From the NCBI RefSeq assembly GCF_009914755.1, contig NC_060930.1: a stretch of DNA of 64,000 bases; one strand, given 5' to 3'. This stretch comes from the human T2T-CHM13v2.0 reference genome, Homo sapiens. This document shows, piece by piece, positions 41,916-58,233 of the stretch (within the stretch, counting starts at the first letter, position 1; the number at the start of each line of letters is the position of its first letter). Below the pieces are notes generated by a model. It did no database searches. It was not told the origin of the DNA and saw nothing but the letters and a program-made list of their open reading frames with translations. Both the position numbers and the translations under genes were made by a program.

Positions 41916-42517
41916 ATAAGTGTTCCATATCATATTTATGATGCTAATTATTAATTCTTTCCCATTTTTATCAATGTACACACATACATATTTGACTTGA
42001 GCCATATTCTCTATATAAGCCATTTTATAACCTGTTTTAAGTATTATTTTAATAGTCAAATAATATATTAATTTCCTTGAATGTACAATTATTTAATTAC
42101 TCTATAGTTGGACAACAATGTTTCAGGCTTTTCACAATTACAAATAATGTTGCAATAAGTAGCTTCATAGATAAATCTTTATATGGCTAATATTTTCCCT
42201 TAGAATAGTTCCTACAAGTAGAATTACTGGACCAAAGGTTATACATTTCAAAGTGGCTCAATACACGTCTTTTCCAAAAGAAGCTACCATTCTTCTCTCC
42301 CTAGTAGAGGGCTTTGCTAGCACACTGGCGTTCATTCATTCAGCCATTACACATCTTCATATTAAGTACCCACTATCAGGCACTGGAGACAGTCCCTGCT
42401 GCATAGAGTTTTCATTCAGTGGGGCAGACAGATAATAAGCAAGTAACAAAAGTAACATAATTTCAGAAAGTGATTAAGTGCTATAAGGAAAATAAAACAG
42501 AGCAAAGGGTTAGACTT

Positions 42518-42850
42518 AGGCTATCCAGCACGGAAGTTATTAGCCACATCTCCCCATTGCGCACTTGAAATGTGGCAAGTGCAACTGGAACGTGCTGTAA
42601 ATGTAAAATACATACCAGATTTCAAAAACTTAGATGAAAATAGAACATGTCATTCTCAGAATGTTTATGTTGATTGTAAGTTGAAATAAAATTTTTTGAT
42701 ATATTTAATTAAATATATTATTCAAATGACTTTCACTTGTTTATGTTGATTATAAGTTGAAATAAAATTTTTGGATATATTCAATTAAATAAAATACATT
42801 ATTCAAATGACTTTCACTTGCTTCTTTTTGCTTTTAAAAAGCATGAAGCT
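42518..42850. mobile_element. MER33/MER3-like hAT element with an internal tandem duplication
   Basis: gcacttgaaatgtggcaagtgcaactg...gtgctgtaaatgtaaaatacataccagatttcaaa. Confidence 0.7.
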
Positions 42851-43263
42851 TAAATTAAAAAAAAAAAGTCATTCTTTATAAATTACCCAGTTTCAGGTAT
42901 TCTGCTGTAGGTAACAGAAAATAGACTAAGAAATGCTCTAACTTCTTATTCTACCTTGCCTAGTGCTTGACACACAGTAGGTGACCAATAACTCCATAGT
43001 TATGAAATGAAGCACACTAGGTGTCAGAACATCAGAAATGTAGAGACACGTCTATGCTGACAGGAAGGCTAAACTTGACCTCAAGATTATGATCTCATAA
43101 TCCTTGAAAACATGAAAGATTTTTGCTTATTTCCTCCAAACTCAATAAAGATGTAAAGAAAATGTATAGCATCTACTATTTCCTATTACCTATACCATCA
43201 TTTACCTTAATTATAGCAATTTTAAAAAGTGTAGTGTATGGTAGTTACCTATTGAGATATTAC

Positions 43264-43449
43264 CTCTTCTTCTTCTTGCTCTTCTTCCTCTTCTTCCTCT
43301 TCTCCTTTTCCGTCCTTTTGGGCTTCTTTCTTCTTTTTCCTATGATTCTCAATGACTTCAGGATCCCACTGGTCTCTACTGTATATGTATCCCGTATTAT
43401 TGTGCTGTCTTTGCCCAGAAATTCTCTGGCACAAATCATAGTCAGGACA
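43264..43449 (-). CDS. AK9: AK9 exon 7 (Lys- and Glu-rich)
   Basis: ttcttag|TGT...GAG|gtaata; 186 nt; CPDYDLCQRISGQRQHNNTGYIYSRDQWDPEVIENHRKKKKEAQKDGKGEEEEEEEEQEEEE; overlaps ORF 43249..43434. Confidence 0.96.
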
Positions 43450-46400
43450 CTAAGAAACAACATTATTAAATCACTTAAAACATTTTGAATATGCTTTTAA
43501 TTCCCTGTGTATTTATTGAATATATTGTACAGTACATAAACCAAAAAATTCCTTTAAAACCTGAGCAAATGCAATATTGTGACTGGCATTTTGCATCAGG
43601 TTTCATTACATGCCAAGAGAGGCTCAGACACTAATTTTATGCTATATGTTTTTATTTGTCCAAAATTAATATAGGTGAAAAAGTATTACAAGTCTTAAGA
43701 TGAGAAAAGAGGATTGGAAAAGTAGAAACAGTAGAGAAATGGAATAGAAAATCAGTTAACTCTGCAAAGGTACACAGAATTCTATGATTAGCTTGAAAAG
43801 TTTACGAATGGAGCAAAATGGGGGGAATAGCCACATATTTCCAATAAAATATATTGTTTATTTGTAATATTTACTATCACTTACAGCTTTATGGGTGAGG
43901 TGTTTTATACAATGCCAGTCATAAATGGGACCTGAAAGATCATCTATTCTAGTATAACATTTATATTTTGTAAATGAGAAAACTGAATCCAGGTAGTAAA
44001 AAAGCCAAAACCAAAGTCTACAAGTAAGTTTCTTGTTCCAAAGTGCTTTCACTCGTGCGATTTTACTGAATTCTCAACTAACCCTGTAAGATAAGCAATC
44101 CAAATTACAATTAAAACCATCCTTCAGGTCAGAGAAGTACAGCTATGGCAGACTAAGAAACCAATCTCAGGTCACAATGTCACATGGAGGAACTGCAACT
44201 TGGAACCAAGCCTTCTGATTGTAGTCCATGGTCTATGATGCATTATTAATGATGATGGTTTGAGGTTGTAAATTGTGCTCTGAATGTTTTTCAGGATAAA
44301 AAAAAATCTGGATGGTTTTCTGAGGCAGTGATTCTGACATATGAGCATGTAACTCTATCTGAGGAGCTTGTTAAATCAATTGCAGCTCCTCTTGTCATTT
44401 ATTAAGTTTGGAGTGAGGCTTAGATTCTTCAACAAGCATCCTCAGTGATTCTGATGCTGGCAGTTCATGTACCACACATTGAGAAACAAAGGAAGCCAGG
44501 AATGTTGGAACCTTCATTGCTCATTTTCTGATTTCTTCATGCCATCTCTAGATGGAGATGGGATGGGTAATTATTGAGGTAAGACTTTTGTTAGGCTTCC
44601 TAATTTTTCACAAAAAGAATTTCAACCTACACAGGTAATTTTTTAAAACATCTGTTTTACAACCCAGGATACCCACCTTCTAGGACCTTGACAAGGACTA
44701 TCTCCTTCAGCTGTCTCCCGTTCTCATTTGCAGGAAATGACTAATGAAAGTGTGAGTCTGAAGGATATAACTCAGAGCAGAAGTGCTCAGTGTCACCTGG
44801 AGGGCTTTGCAACACTAATAGCTGGGCTCCACCTGACAGATTCTGGTTCTTAGTTCTGGGGTAGGGCCTGAGAATTTGCATTTCTACTAAGCTTCTGGGT
44901 GCTGTTGGAACTGGGACCACTCTCTGATAACTACTGCTCTAGTAGATTGCTAGCCTTTAACCAGGTTTTTGGTAGCACAGAATCCTTTAGAACATGATGA
45001 AAGCCATAGATTTTTGCATCAGAAAAATTCACATATACATAAAGTTTTATGTATAATTTCAAGAGGTTCATGAATGCTTAGGGATTTATGGATCTTGGGC
45101 TAAGAGCTTCTGCTCTAGAAATTCCAGGCTTATTCCCCAATAAGGACAAACTATCCAAAAAATGTGTGTTGCACTGAATTCTGTCTCACATTAAGCCCTC
45201 TGATGATACTCTGGTTACCCTGTAGAAACTGCCATAGGATACTTCATGATCACACTTATAACATGAATGGGGTTAAGGACTTTATTCACTACATTAAGCA
45301 GTCTCTTATATTAAGACCCATCTAAGGTATTTCTCTCATTCTCAATGGCAGTCTTGTTTTGCCTGAGGAATGGCTTGTCTTCTCATGGACAATGTGAATT
45401 TTATAACTGGTCACATTTCCCCTTTTACTTTAGTTCACCAAACCTAGAACCAAATTTATGATCCAAACTTAGTAAGCATTTGGGGTCTTCTGGCCTGCAC
45501 AACTGTGTGCTCTCTCTCAATTAGATCTTAATTTTCTATTGAATCTGTCTTTTCCTAGGCTTAGTTTTTGTATGTGGTTTCAGTTGAATGAGATATCTCT
45601 GTTATGTCCACATTCACATGTGTGACATTCTCAAGTTCACTCACAATTGTGATTGACCCCTGGCCATGAGTGGTGGCTGGGGCTGCAGATTACACCACAT
45701 TCAGCACTGCAAGGCCACCTCTCTCTCACAGCTGACCCTGACACTCCACTGGGTCCCAGCATCTGAGCTGAAAACCATCTAGTTTATTTGAGCTGTCATA
45801 AACCCTGGCCGAGTATGGATACAAAAGCTTATCATTCATTTTGACATAAACAAGAAGACACCACCTTGCTAAATTCTTATCACAACCCCATGAGGCAGCT
45901 ATTGTCATTTTTGTAAAAAGGAAATCAAGACTTCTAGATGTGATTTACCAAATTCTAATAATAAAAGAGAGAATTAGGAACAAGACCCAACCTTAACTCG
46001 TAATTAATGTAGTAGTGTTCTTTAACATTCATACATTCATGTCATGTGTCTATTCTTTCATTTTATTAGTAAACTTACTAGGTGCCACTATGTACCACGT
46101 AATATACTGGTTGATGTTTATATGAGCAAGACATGGTTCCTACCTTCAAGTAAGACAGAGTCTAGGAGGAAAATGGATAATTATAATATAGTAAGGTGAG
46201 TAACATGACAGGGAGCGGAGAGCACCACGAATGGTCATCAGAGAAGGATTTAACTCTCTTATGATAAGTAAGGTGTGGAAGGGAGTGACAGAAAGAGAGG
46301 TGGTGGAGCGGGGTAGTTGTCAGGGAAAGTTCTAAAGAGATGATGTATTAACTGACTTTCAAAGGATGGCTATGAGGAAGCCTGGTGAAGAGGCAAGAAG

Positions 46401-46586
46401 GTATCTCATGTGGATGGAGCTTTAGGAGCAAGAGCACAGAACTATGAGAAGTATGACTCAGTTCCTGTGATTGATGCATAAGTTATTATCTCCATAACTA
46501 TTTAAAAATGTTTAAAGCATTCCTTGAATTTAACTACTATCAAAAAGAATGGTTTACTCTACTAGCAAAACAATTAATATCCTTAC

Positions 46587-46699
46587 CTTTATATTGATTA
46601 TAACATCAGGTTTCAGGTTTAAGTTTTTAATTAATTCTATTTGCTGTAAGGTAGTCATGGCATCCTGTGAAAGTGATGGTATTTCAGTGATAATATAAC
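46587..46699 (-). CDS. AK9: AK9 exon 6
   Basis: tttacag|GT...AAG|gtaagg; 113 nt; (G)YIITEIPSLSQDAMTTLQQIELIKNLNLKPDVIINIK. Confidence 0.95.
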
Positions 46700-47339
46700 C
46701 TGTAAAGTAAAATATAATTTTAAAACTTTTATAAAATTATCAACATATGAGGGCATGGATTTATTATATTATATATATATTTACTATATTATTACTTTAT
46801 ACTCATCTATCATAAAGTCATCTCTCAAAAATTTTAAATTAACACTTAAAGTTATTGCCACATGAAGTGTAACTATGAATAATGTTTTTCTGATGATAAA
46901 GAAATCACTGGACTAGAAGAAGACATTTTTGAAAACTCCAAGTCAATTTATTTTAGACAGATGAGGTGCCTAGGGAAGGAAATTTCATGCTAGTAATTAT
47001 TTTAACTCATGTTAGGAAAGTTTACTCATATGAATGGTAAAGGTATATTATAGGGGTTGCATGCCATATTTATTTTTTTCTCATATTAATATTTCATAAT
47101 ATAGTAGAACATGTGTGTATAATGTTTTTATAAGTTATGAGAGTAATAAAACACCCATGGACACACTATAATTTTCTGTTTTTTAAACAGCCAATATGAT
47201 TTTGGTTTAGTGCAGTTATTGGCTTGTATCCCCACCCAGAAATCTCAATCTTCTCACTGAAATTCACCGTTTACCATCATCATATTAATTTCCTTAATAT
47301 ATTTCTTCAATTATGTTACTGTCTTGCTCAAGAAGCTTT

Positions 47340-48321
47340 TCTCTTATTAATAAAGTCTCAATTCCTTCAGTGGGAATTAAAAGCTTTCAGCTTACTTCTG
47401 TACATCTTTTCTTGGAAGAACAACAGACAAACTATGTTTATTCAGCCCTGGGTATTTGGCAGAAATCTTATGAAAAGTGAATGGAATGACCCTGTCACTG
47501 CAAGGACAAAAACTGATAGCATTTGTTGCCAGTTATAATATTCAAGTGAAAATCTGAATTTTGAAAAACTTACATCCATTATTAAGAAAAGCTTAATAAT
47601 GGGCTTTTCTTGATGAGAGTGGTGGTGACATTAACAAATGTGATTTCTTGATACTGTATAGTAAAGTGTGTCAACATTTGGAAGATCTGTATAACTCAGT
47701 GAACCAACATTTTCCAAATGACCAATGCATGGTGCCACAAAAATTAGGCATGGGTTACAGGCTTATTCCAAGTGCAAGACAGACCAATGGATTTTAATGT
47801 AACCAAGTTTTGAAAAGTTCACTGATACAGTTTCAGATTCCACAATGCAACCAACCTTCAGGAAACTTCCACCTGTTGGGTTTTGATGTAGAATCAAGAA
47901 TATCCACAATTATTCCAAAGGCTATTAAAATACTCCTCCCTTTCCAAGAATATATCTATGTGAAACTACATTTTCTTCATGTATTTCAGCGAAAGCAATA
48001 TATTGCAACAGATTGAGCAGAAGCAGGTGTGAGAATCCAGCTTTCTCTTAAGTTGGACATTGAAGAGATTGTGAAAATGTAAAGCAATGCCACTTTTCTA
48101 ATTTTTTGTTTTGAAAAATTATCTTTCATAAAATATGCAATTTATGTTAACAAGTCATGGTTTTATGATTTCTAAACAGATATTTTTTAAAGTCTCTGTT
48201 TTAATTTCTAATATGGTAAATATAAATACATATAGCCCATGTAAGCATAACTACTTATGGAGCCTCAACAATTCTTATTAGTGTAAGAGAGTCTTGTGCC
48301 CCAAAAGTTTGAGAACCACTA
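47340..48321 (+). mobile_element. Charlie1-family hAT transposon 3' fragment
   Basis: tgtgtcaacatttggaagatctgtataactcagtgaaccaacattttccaaatgaccaatgcatg; terminus aaaagtttgagaaccact. Confidence 0.8.
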
Positions 48322-48446
48322 TCTTAATGCAATGCCTAGAATAGCATAATAAAAAAAGTTACCAAGCACCTGTTGATAGACGAGTGAATGAATGTGTGTA
48401 AAACAAACTTAAAATTCCTCACCTCAGAACATGCTCATCACAATCT

Positions 48447-48758
48447 TTTATTTTTATTTTTATTTATTTATTTATTTTGAGACAGAATCTTGTTCTGTCA
48501 CCCAGGCTGGAGGGCAGTGGTGTGGTCTCGGCTCACTGCAACCTCCGCCTCCGGGGTTCAAGTGATTCTCCTGCCTCAGCCTCCTGAGTAGCTGGGACTA
48601 CAGGCGCATGCTACCACGCCCGGCTAATTTTTGTATTTTCAGTAGAGACAGGGTTTCACCATGTTGGCCAGGATGGTCTCGATCTCCCGATCTCGTGATC
48701 CGCCTGCCTCGGCCTCTCAAAGTGCTGGTATTACAGGCATGAGCCACCACGTCAGGCC
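48447..48758 (-). mobile_element. AluS
   Basis: Full reverse dimer; TSD cacaatcttt. Confidence 0.92.
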
Positions 48759-48788
48759 ACAATCTTTTATTTTTAAAAAAGAAGATCA

Positions 48789-49113
<325 letters not shown>

Positions 49114-49149
49114 CTAATTCAAAACCTAATTAAATGCTTAGGCATACAC

Positions 49150-51300
49150 AATGTCTCCTAAGCTTTTTTGATCACTTTACTTTCTGCTAACAGTGTGTTG
49201 GGCTCTATCCAGAGAAGCAATCCTACCTAATTTAACTTAAAAAGGCAGAAAGGATGACCTTGTCATCTTGGTTTTAGATATATGAACTGTAGGTATGATT
49301 CCCTCTTGTCTTGCTATGATCCTTAGTGTCCAACTTGACTTACTTACATGCTCCTGCTATTGTCTTAAACATAGCGTGGTATCCCCAAGGCATCTATCCT
49401 ATTGGAGGTTCATTAAATTAGCTCAGTACATCCCTAAAAAAATGTAGACACTGCCTGCACTGTCTCAAGAAATGGGCCAGACCTTTCTCTACCTGCCTCT
49501 TCTTGTTGTTCTCTTTCTGCTTTTCTGGCTCCACACCACCCTCATTTGGTTTGGCATCTTTGCTCTTGTGAGTCTAGCTTCCACTTGATTAACAACATGT
49601 TTGAACTGGTTTTTAAGACTTTGACCAGTATCTCCTCTGGGACACGATGGCTGGCATTAACTCCTGGTCTGACACATTGTGATGGTAGGTACTACACTGA
49701 ACGGGACTGCATGCCTAGCTCTGGATGGAACTCAGACCTTGGCAAGCTAACTCCTCCAAGTTAGACAGTTCCAGAGACCATCTATCTCCAGAGTCCTTGC
49801 CCTTGCCTTGTAAGCAAAAGCAACAGTATCTCCCTGCCATTCCCTATGCTGGTAATACTTCCCAACATCTGTGTATCGTAAGTGGATCACAGAAAGATGC
49901 TTGGCACTGTTTGCTGTGCTTGCCAAAACCTTCCTGTTCCTACAGCCACTGCCACTGCCACTGCCTGGAGAGCTTGTCAGGCATTCCACGTGCAACTGTT
50001 TGCAGGAATGCTGAACTTCTGGTGTACATGTATATTGGAATGATGTTCATACTTGGTCTCTTTACTGATGGAAATGGCAGAAGAATAAGTAATTTCCATG
50101 GATCTAGCTCTCTCTTGAAAGGCCATTGTTTGGGCTGCCTGAATGTTCTGAGCTATGAATTGTGGGGCTCTACCCTCTGAGAGATGTCTAGTATTATCAT
50201 TCCAGAGCCTAGGGGTGTATCTATGGGAGGAGGTGTGGGATAGACAATTATGTCATCTAAGTTTGTCTCACCATTGCAGATGTAAAGTGGAATAGATTAG
50301 TCCTCTAGTCCCAATTCTGGAAGATCCCAGGGACACACTGCTTGTTAAACAGACCAGAACTACTGAGCCCAGTGTCAACCTTTCCAATTCCAGAGACATG
50401 TGAGGATGAAAGCACAGATGAGGAACTCCTCGCTCCCACCCCACATGTCCTTGAGACCATTACCAAGCCCTTGCCCTTCCATGCTAACGATGGAGGAGTG
50501 GCGCACCCCAAGCCAGTCCTTGCTGGGAGACTTTGCATGTTCTATCATAGGCAGACTAGGTGCTTTGTAGGCCATTGCCCAGTTCTCATTAGCTCAACCA
50601 ATGAGAAACTGTAAGACTGTCCAGACCACTGCCCAGAGGAAACTGACTTGTCTCAGGCCCATACCATCACTTTGCCACCATTTCTTGGCACAGTGGGAAG
50701 AAGGCATTTTCTATTTCCATACAAATGAAGATGGCAGACTACTGCTTTCAGATTGAAGTGATGACAGATTCAGAGATATCAGGTAGCTTTGTGTTCAGCC
50801 ATCCCTGCTACCCATCTGACCTCTGGCCAGGCTGATGTAGCCTTGTGTCCAGCCATCTCTTCTACCCATCTGACCTCAGACCAGGCTGATATGAGTGGAC
50901 ACATTGGTGACCAATGACTTGCAAGACTATTCATAAAGATATACTCGGGGCAGGGAATGCCCAGACTGGGGCTATTCATTCACTGGGGAAAACGAGATTT
51001 TCCAGAATCTAGAAGCAGGGAGCAGTGAGGAGCTTTTAGGATGCCACATATTGACTCTATCTGTTTCTCTTGGGTAAGGATATAGCTCCGAGAAGCTGAT
51101 TTTGGCTAAGGGCCAAAACAACACAATAGATTGTGAATGAAAAGATAATTATAGATCGTGTAGGCCCTTTTAAAATAGTGATGGAAACACCAATTATTAA
51201 AAGGGCTCTAGTATAAAACAAAATTAAGATGAATTTGGCAATACTCTGCCGTGTGATGTCCCTGGAAGTGCACATATCTCTTCAGGGATTTTGGAGTCAT
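49150..51300 (+). mobile_element. Possible ancient Ty3/gypsy (MamGypsy-like) integrase region and start of an LTR
   Basis: Decayed colinear motifs resembling TxxHP..NGITER (~49855-49897), YNC..G...MMF (~49990-50048) and IADxKW (50273-50290); purine tract 51011-51025 followed by TG. Confidence 0.35.
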
Positions 51301-51419
51301 CAATTATCCATCCTCACCCAGCCCCCCACTCAAGTTGTTTTTTTTTTTAATTCTCTTTGTTATTTTATTCCATTAATCTCATTTTGAAGTTACTATTTTA
51401 GTTGTCATTTGCTTAATTA

Positions 51420-53675
<2,256 letters not shown>

Positions 53676-54059
53676 CCTAATCAAGTTTATATCCCTGTTT
53701 TGAAAACCCTTCACTTCCAATTTTGCTTCTACCTTCTACCAGGCTACGGGTTGAGAGCAAACATCAGGATGAGACGCCTTGCTGGGAATTTGGGCAAAGA
53801 TTTTCAAACTGTATTTAGCCGAGTGCTAGGTTCTAAAACAATTCCTGTGGGATGCTACAGGATGGGTTAAGGGGTGGCTGGGCAGAAGGCGCTTTAGGTT
53901 CCATCTCCACTGCAACCTTTAAATGAGCTCGTTTGTGCATGCCTAGAACGTGGCCTTGTAACCAAATGGTGAGGGTGTGGCCCCCAGACTCAGGAAACCA
54001 TTTATATCACTTTTCCTCTGCCAGCTCCTAGGACAAGTATCGGCATACAGGAAGTACTG

Positions 54060-54590
54060 GGGTCTGAGGAATGCAATCAGCCAAATCCAGAATGTGGGAA
54101 ACTCTACAAGACAAATGACCTGTTTTCTTCATCAGAGAAGAAACAATAAGATAGAAAGAAGTAGGGGAAACTTATATATAAAGAGACTTGAGACATACTA
54201 ATCACTTGTACTATGTGAAACCTGGTTAGATCCTGCTTCAAAAAAAATCAACTAAAAAATATCTATGAGGTAATTAATGAAATCTAGTAGATGATATCAA
54301 GGAATAACAATTAATTTTTTAGGTGTGATAATGGTAATGTGTAATAGGTTTAAGTGTCCTTTTCTTTTAGAGATATAAATGGAACATTATACAGATGAAC
54401 TGATATGATATGGATTAGCTTCAAAATAACATAGGTTGAGAGAAGGGAGTAAGTAGAAGTGTAGATGAAACGAGATTAGACTAGAGTTGGTTTTGGACAT
54501 ATGCTGAACCTGAGTGGTAATGTGGAAGCATCTTTATACTAATCTCCCTACTTTTGTTTGAACTATTTCCTAATAACAACTGTAAAACAT
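54060..54590 (+). mobile_element. L1MC-like 3' end
   Basis: caatcagccaaatccagaatgtgggaaactctacaagacaaatgacc; ttttaggtgtgataatggt. Confidence 0.7.
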
Positions 54591-55954
54591 TATGAACACC
54601 ATGAGAGGCACAACTGAGTTTCTTCGTGTTGTTTTTTTTTCTTTCTCCTTTTGCCAATACTTATAATTTATGTCATCTTTTTTGTAGCCATGTAAACCAA
54701 TTTAAGTTTTTCAAGAGGTAAGTGAGGTTAACAAATAGGTATTTACTTACCTACCTATATACATATCTGTTTCAAATACTATGTTTTCTGAGGTCATTTA
54801 TTGACGTAATTTGGAATTCTGTGATTCCTGTTTGCCTTTTTACTTATCCAGCCTTCCATATTCTGGATATTTTGCCGTTCAGTCTCTTTATCACTGCTGA
54901 ACAAATAGGTAATAAGTGGATAGATAGGTAGATAGTTTACAGAGAAACCTTATCTACTTATAATGTATTTATAATCCATATATATTAATCTCTATATATG
55001 TATTATATATAAAAACCCATATATCCATATAGAGACCTGTCTACATATGTGGATATGGGACATTCTATGTATCATCTCTCTATACACATGAGCTATATGA
55101 AAAGGAATCTTTTTGTCTATAGATAGAAACCAGTAAATACAGTTTGACAAGGCTGCGTTTGCTGCTTCCATCATTGATTTGCTTTGGCAGTTATGGTTTT
55201 TACTTTCCTGTATTTTTATTCCTGCATTAATAGTTACAATGTCTTCTTCTAACTTACTAAGAATATAAAACAACTTTCTTAATTTTTCTTTTTTCATTCA
55301 GTAAATCCATTTCAGGTGGATGATTTTATCCCAAACTTGTCATTATTCTTCTCCTCTTCTTTTGCAGAGGTATTAGAGTTTGCTCTTTTCTTTTTAATCA
55401 TTTTGAGCTTCAGTGGTCTTTGTCTTGAAAAATTAGATCCAAAGCCCTTGCTCAGCATCCATTTGAGTACCAGGAGAGGTTTCAGGTCCAGAGTCAGAGG
55501 GCAGACTGGAAGAACAGGCTGAAGCCTGACAATATCTGGAGCTCAACAGTAAGATAGTGGCATTCCACTTCCCACTCCCGCCTTCTAAGTGTGGATTAAT
55601 GCAGACAACCCTAGCCATTGTCAGGACTTAGCAATATAACCCAAGGTGTATGAGGAAGCAGTCAGCAGAGTTAGCAGTACTGCAAGATGGACCACAGCAG
55701 ATTTCTGATGCTTTTACTGGATAACACAATGTTAAAGAAGATTGGGTCATATAAACTTATTTTTAAAACAAATGTACAATCTGAGAAATAAAAACAAGCA
55801 AATAAAACCATCTGAGCTGTTCAACTGAATAGAGATAATGAGATTCTTATGCTAAGGCAAAAGAAAGGGCAACTCCAGAAACTATTTTTGCCTCAGATAA
55901 AGCATGAGTTTTAAGGCTGCTTTGTGGGCTGTAAATATATTAAAATAAACATAC

Positions 55955-56051
55955 CAAAGTGACAGACTTCTGGGGAGTTGAGCTTCTCCAACATTAGCTT
56001 TATGACAAGTTCATCTGGAATGCTTTGACCGCTGATCAACATTGATTGCAA
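55955..56051 (-). CDS. AK9: AK9 exon 5
   Basis: ccttag|TTG...TTTG|gtatgt; 97 nt; LQSMLISGQSIPDELVIKLMLEKLNSPEVCHF; preceded by a 99-nt intron. Confidence 0.95.
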
Positions 56052-56150
56052 CTAAGGACAAGCATAGATATTGTACATTACTGTATAATATATCTATGAT
56101 ACAGAGCTTTTTTTGTAATCATAGTTACTTTGAAATTTAGGTTTGTTTAC

Positions 56151-56203
56151 CATAACTCCTGATTCGGTTTCAGCAGCAATCTGTTCTTCTAAAATTGGCA
56201 AAG
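56151..56203 (-). CDS. AK9: AK9 exon 4
   Basis: ttttag|CT...ATG|gtaaac; 53 nt; (A)LPILEEQIAAETESGVM; phase matches exon 3. Confidence 0.94.
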
Positions 56204-56435
56204 CTAAAACATGAATTCAAAATATTAATACAGACTGATATTAAGATCACCAAAATAAGAAACACATTCTAGTGTCTTGTAACTGGTAACAAAGATTAAC
56301 ATTTGTGCATCACTTTATAATTTACAATGCAAATGTATGCATATTACTTCACTTAAGCCTAACCAAAGCAGAAGCAGCAGAATGTCTTCCATAGAGAACT
56401 TGTCTCTGCCACTTACTAAGCTTAAGAATCTTGGA

Positions 56436-56750
56436 GAAGCGAACATGGTGACTCATGTCTGCAATCCCAGTACTTTGGGAGTTCAAGGCAGGAGGATTGC
56501 TTGAGCCCAGAAGTTTGAGACCAGCCTAGGCAACATAGGGAGACTACATTCCTACAAAAAGTTAAAAAATTAGCAGGGCATAGTTATGGTGCATGCCTAT
56601 AGTCCCTGCTACTCAGGAAGCTGACGTGGGGTGATCACTTGAGCCCAGGAGGTCAAGTTTGCAGAGAGCCGTGATCATGTCACTGCACTCCAGCCTGGAT
56701 GACAAAGTGAGGGCGTGTCTCAAAATAAAAATAAAAAATAAAAAAATAAA
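56436..56750 (+). mobile_element. AluJ
   Basis: Forward dimer with aataaa-type tail; flanks aagaatct / aagaatcc. Confidence 0.88.
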
Positions 56751-57887
56751 GAATCCTGGGGGAGCTAACTCTGTAAACGCCTCTGCACCTTGGATGCATA
56801 TGTACTGTGTAGTGTACAATAGAACGTAAGGATGAAATCAGGTGGTGTATATGACAGTGATTTCTAAATCATTTAGTTACAAAAGTATGCACTGGTATTA
56901 ATTAATCCAGATTTTCATAACCATACAATTACATCCAAAGCCTGCTAGTTTTGCACATGGTGTAAAAGGAAATGAATCAAGAAATGTTAAAATGGGTAAA
57001 CACTGATTAGAAAGAGGGGTCTTGAGGCTGAAATTCCAATGATTTATTTCCTTTAAAAGAGGAAATGTATCATTCCTTGATAGAGGACATCCTGGGATAG
57101 GAATGACAGGGGCATGACCCAGGGGAGGACCCAGGAGAGTTGCTATATCATTAGTTATTAATAATCTATGGGATGTTTGGTATTCTTTAAGATTTCCTAG
57201 AAGTAAACTTTTTGAACAAAGAAAGAAGAAACTTTTAGAGTTGTGTGTGTGTGTGAGTGTGTGTGTGTTATGTATTACAAATTGTTCTCCAAAAAAATTG
57301 TACCAGATTGCAACTTTACTAACAGCATGTGGAATGCCCATTTCATAACATCCTTACCTACAGTGATTGTAGTAATTGTAAAGATTCACTGCCAATTTGA
57401 TAGGCAAATATGGACCAGTGTTATGTTGATTAACATTTCTTAGAATGATGTTAAACTCTCTTTTCTTATATTGTTTATTTTTATTTCTACTTTTATGAAT
57501 TGCCTATTCATTCTTTTTCTTATTTTTCTATTAGGGCATAAATAGTTTTATTAATTAAAAGAATATTTATATATAAAGATATCAACCCATTCTCTTATAT
57601 ATTGCAAAGAATGCAAGAAAATTTATAAATAAAAAATAAAAGTTATCATTGAAGACAATTAAGTTCTGAAAAATGTTCCTAAGAAAAGCTGTGAGAGTTC
57701 CATCTCATTTGAGCTTTCATAAAAAGACACCCAAACACACATATCCCAAACAGTTCTAAATTACGAATAGAGAATTGGAGGTAGTAGAATAGAGTTGATG
57801 ACATTTCATAAATGCTATGAACAAAACTAGGACAAACAGAAGGGCAAAACATTATTGGATTGATAATGCTGTTATAAAAATAATATT

Positions 57888-58030
57888 GGGCCGGGTGTTG
57901 TGGCTCACACCTGTAATCTAGTACTTTGGGAGGCCAAGGTGGGAAGACTGTTTGAGCCCAGGAGTTTGAAACCAGCCTGGGCAACAAAGCAAGACCATGT
58001 CTCTACAAAAAAAAAAAATAATAATTAATT
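57888..58030 (+). mobile_element. FLAM/Alu left monomer
   Basis: ggccgggtg...ttgagcccaggagtttgaaaccagcctggg followed by an A tail. Confidence 0.85.
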
Positions 58031-58233
58031 AAATTAAATATAAATAAAAACCCAAGCAGATAATATTCACTGGGTTGATAGGTGGACAAATGTGTGATAA
58101 AGCAAATATAGCAAAACGTTAATCACAGACTCTAGATGGTGAGTATATGGGCATTCACTGTATAATTATCTCCATTTTATGAATATTTGAAAGTTTTCAT
58201 AATAAAATATTAGAGAAAAAAGATAAAATTTAC

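Noticed and set aside
43123-43488. 121-aa hydrophobic + strand ORF resembling a membrane protein
   Set aside because: It is the antisense reading of the GAA-rich AK9 exon 7, and its start is non-ATG.
54992-55450. Lys/Glu-rich 101-aa minus-strand ORF as a hidden exon or retrogene
   Set aside because: It is not needed for the AK9 frame, has stops just upstream and runs into low-complexity sequence. It looks more like a decayed old L1/HAL1 ORF1. A Dfam or tblastn search would settle it.
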